A stretch of 64,000 bases of DNA from Octopus sinensis. Taxonomy: Eukaryota. Made by a program: the position numbers and the translations under genes. This document shows positions 1 through 64,000 of the stretch, one piece after another (the first letter of the stretch is position 1; every line of letters begins with the position of its first letter). The stretch spans positions 207,390,001 to 207,454,000 of the forward strand of contig NC_042998.1 in the NCBI RefSeq assembly GCF_006345805.1, in the 5' to 3' direction. Under the pieces are notes generated by a model that searched no databases, had not been told where the DNA came from, and saw only the letters and a program-made list of their open reading frames with translations.

Positions 1-487
1 ATAGATTTTTCTTAATTTTAAAACAGGTCTTTAATAATTTAATAATTTCCCATGTGAAACAGTAACATCATTTTTATTTCTAGTCTATAGTACACTGCGA
101 AGTCAAAAATTTGTCGCTGCCATGTTGTCTTAAATATATGTCTGAAAATAAGCTGTCTGGTCATGGCCGGAATGCCGATGATATATATTTATACTTAACT
201 GTGTTTCAAAAGGTTGAGTTTATACTTTGACTAAATTCAAGATAAGACACGGCGAATTCTATCAGAGAGGTGTCCTGAGTGGAAACTAGGCAGCAACTGA
301 TGCTCTCTCGCTGATACTGCCAGCTTTTACCGCCAGCCATTGCTGCCGATGTTTCGTGTTTAAGAAATTGTTCGTAAACCGATTTGATCTCCTAAACTGG
401 GGTTCCACTGTATTTGTAAAATATCTGCTTTTTATATTAAAAAAAATACAAACGACTCGTACAGCAATAGTTAATTTTATTTATTCA

Positions 488-873
488 CTAGCAGTATCGC
501 CCGGCGTTGCTCGGGTTTGTAAGGGAAATAACTATATCAGCATTTTTAGAGAGTTATAGCCAAAAAATAGCAAAACAAATGCATTAAAAATGGAATAAAA
601 ATGATGGTATATTTTTTAAAAATCGTTGACTCATCGTAGACATTTTTAGAGAGTTACTTCCCTTATATAATAGCGAAAAATGCATTAAAATGGAAAAAAA
701 TGATGGCAAATTTTTTTTTAAATCGTAGACGCGCGCTAATACCCAGAAGGGCTCGATATGAATCACGACTATACGATACCCAGTTTTGGTTCAACTGCAC
801 CGCAAAATGTGGGAGTAGTTAGGAATCTAAATCGTAGGAGACAGACACACAACTTCACTTTTATATATAAAGA
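488..873 (-). mobile_element. Non-autonomous Helitron
   Basis: 5' TC, 3' hairpin CCCGAGCAACGCCGGG then CTAG, inserted between A and T. Confidence 0.82.
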
Positions 874-1162
874 TTTAACATCCAGCTACAGTTATTATTA
901 ACGAAACAATTTTAGCCAAAACAAGGCACAAGTTTGAACCATATTAACAGGATAAATATTGAAGTATTTCTTACTAATTAATTTAAGCTATAATTAATTG
1001 AATACGATTCTGTATATTGAATACAAATGAACGATTGACGAACCAGACAAACTCAAAAGACAGATGTGTTATAAACGAAAGCACAAGATAGGTTCATTTT
1101 CATAGTTGTTGATCAATAGGAAATTAGTTAATTATTGTTAATATTGACAAAGATAGCAATGT

Positions 1163-63470
<62,308 letters not shown>

Positions 63471-63527
63471 CTTAAACGGAACCAAGAAATTACTTGTGAA
63501 AAATTGCAAGCCACTAGGCCAAGCTAC

Positions 63528-64000
63528 AGGGTGTTCAAAAGGTTCCTCCGCAGTAAGTGTTTTATTGCTAAATAAATATTTATAAGATGGTGTAAGACCA
63601 CAAAAGAATACATTAGACTTTACAAGACTTTAAAAAACTTTATAAGAGGTGTTGAAAGTGTCCTCCTTCATTTTCAATACATATGTTGACTCTTCTACGC
63701 ATGTTTTGAAATATATCTTGGAGAGTCTGATGCAGAGTCTGATATGGTATGGACCGTGTGAAGGTTATGATTGCGTCTTTTAGCTCATTAATGGTTTTCG
63801 GGCGATTCTTGTACACTGATCCTTTACTTGCTCCCCAGAAAAAAGTCTGGCGGTATTACATCAGGTGATCTTGGTGGCCAGTGAAAAACTGGAGTCAATA
63901 TAATTGATTTGCCCCTTCCCTCGAAATAATCCGTTCACCGAAAATCTCTTGGAATAGCGTCATGGTGATGCGCAAAGTATGTGCTGTAGCTCCATCTTGC
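63528..64000 (-). mobile_element. Tc1/mariner transposon, 3' part with decayed transposase
   Basis: QDGATAHT..WPPRSPD..DFF-WG..VYKNRPKTINELKDAI..RRVNICIENEGGHFQHLL*; TA|CAGGGTG terminus at 63526-63534. Confidence 0.88.

Overview
AT-rich, repeat-dense animal genomic DNA; the SINE families and microsatellites look octopus-like (inference). Almost none of the supplied ORFs are genes. By joining short exons on the minus strand by hand I reconstruct one large multi-exon gene that runs through the whole window (63470 to 1163; its 5' part lies beyond the window). It is a very divergent animal type I fatty-acid-synthase (FAS)-like gene with domain order KS end, linker, MAT, WDHS linker, collapsed DH/pseudo-MT, ER, KR stub, ACP-like, TE. 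Nineteen exons (53581-16180) join in one open frame, yet the MAT catalytic motifs are substituted, the DH and most of the KR are missing, and the ER cofactor loop is lost. The TE exons carry lesions. The introns hold a tRNA-Arg(CCT), a heat-shock/NRF1/CRE motif cluster, several SINE families, Helitrons, MITEs, and Tc1/mariner and LINE remnants. They also hold a Penelope-like GIY-YIG fragment linked to a tRNA-like Pol III promoter plus hammerhead ribozyme cassette, and five more unrelated minimal hammerhead ribozyme motifs. All homology calls are by-eye comparisons with remembered consensus motifs; no searches were run.
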